IMG/VR virus record: IMGVR_UViG_3300037483_000453
Coordinates: 96,001 to 160,000 of that record
From: a virus
DNA: 64,000 nt
Direction: 5' to 3' (one strand)
Shown here piece by piece: positions 63,807-64,000 of the stretch. The translations under genes and the position numbers were made by a program. The notes beneath the pieces are model-generated. The model did no database searches. It was not told where the DNA came from and worked only from the letters and a program-made list of their open reading frames with translations. Every line of letters starts with the position of its first letter. Positions within the stretch are counted from its first letter, which is position 1.

Positions 63807-64000
63807 GGTCGCTCTTTTCCCTGGATTGATTCGCTTGGACGAAGTGGCATGAGCATGCCCCCTTGCACATACACTCCGCAGGCTGCCATGCGTCACATGG
63901 ATGTGTGGTTGCCTCGTTCTCATTCTCGCGAGCACGCTCCCAGTCGCTCTTCTCCCTGATGGTCAACACCTTTGCGGTGTTGGTGTCTGGGACGTCGGTC

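Noticed and set aside
1-64000. CRISPR array, rRNA, integrase/att site, IS element, DGR reverse transcriptase
   Set aside because: No spaced direct repeats or diagnostic motifs seen by eye; short or degenerate elements could have been missed

Overview
The window reads as a 64-kb internal piece of a large myovirus-type (contractile-tailed, probably jumbo) phage genome, densely coding with many 1-4 nt gene overlaps. Virion genes lie in scattered rightward blocks: neck/terminator-like genes, a 1033-aa tail sheath and tail tube (1-10 kb); a tail-assembly-chaperone pair joined by a -1 frameshift site (14.6-16.3 kb); a 1189-aa tape measure, tube-initiator-like and baseplate-hub-like genes (26-35 kb); and Ig-like/beta-rich structural genes (44-46 kb, 51-54 kb). 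Recognisable non-structural genes are a dNMP kinase, a GroES-like co-chaperonin, a GNAT, a group-3-like sigma factor, a DUF932-like protein, RNase HII, a resolvase-like protein, a GIY-YIG nuclease, a DUF6527-like protein, a collagen-repeat lipoprotein and a beta-class DNA methyltransferase. From 54.4 kb to the end is a leftward array of small accessory ORFs. I saw no capsid, portal, terminase, polymerase, integrase, intact tRNA, rRNA or CRISPR array. Top signals: (1) eight otherwise unrelated virion-cluster proteins share repeated K-x-A motifs, mostly followed by cationic Gly/Ala-rich segments, a candidate protease-processed cargo system; (2) a recurring A-rich-N13-15-G(G/T)GATAAG promoter-like motif that may be read by the phage sigma, one copy inside an RBS-occluding hairpin; (3) a stand-alone structured ~170-nt transcript unit; (4) a beta-grasp-like protein ending in IAG inside a tail gene block. 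All product calls come from motif recognition by eye, not from database searches.
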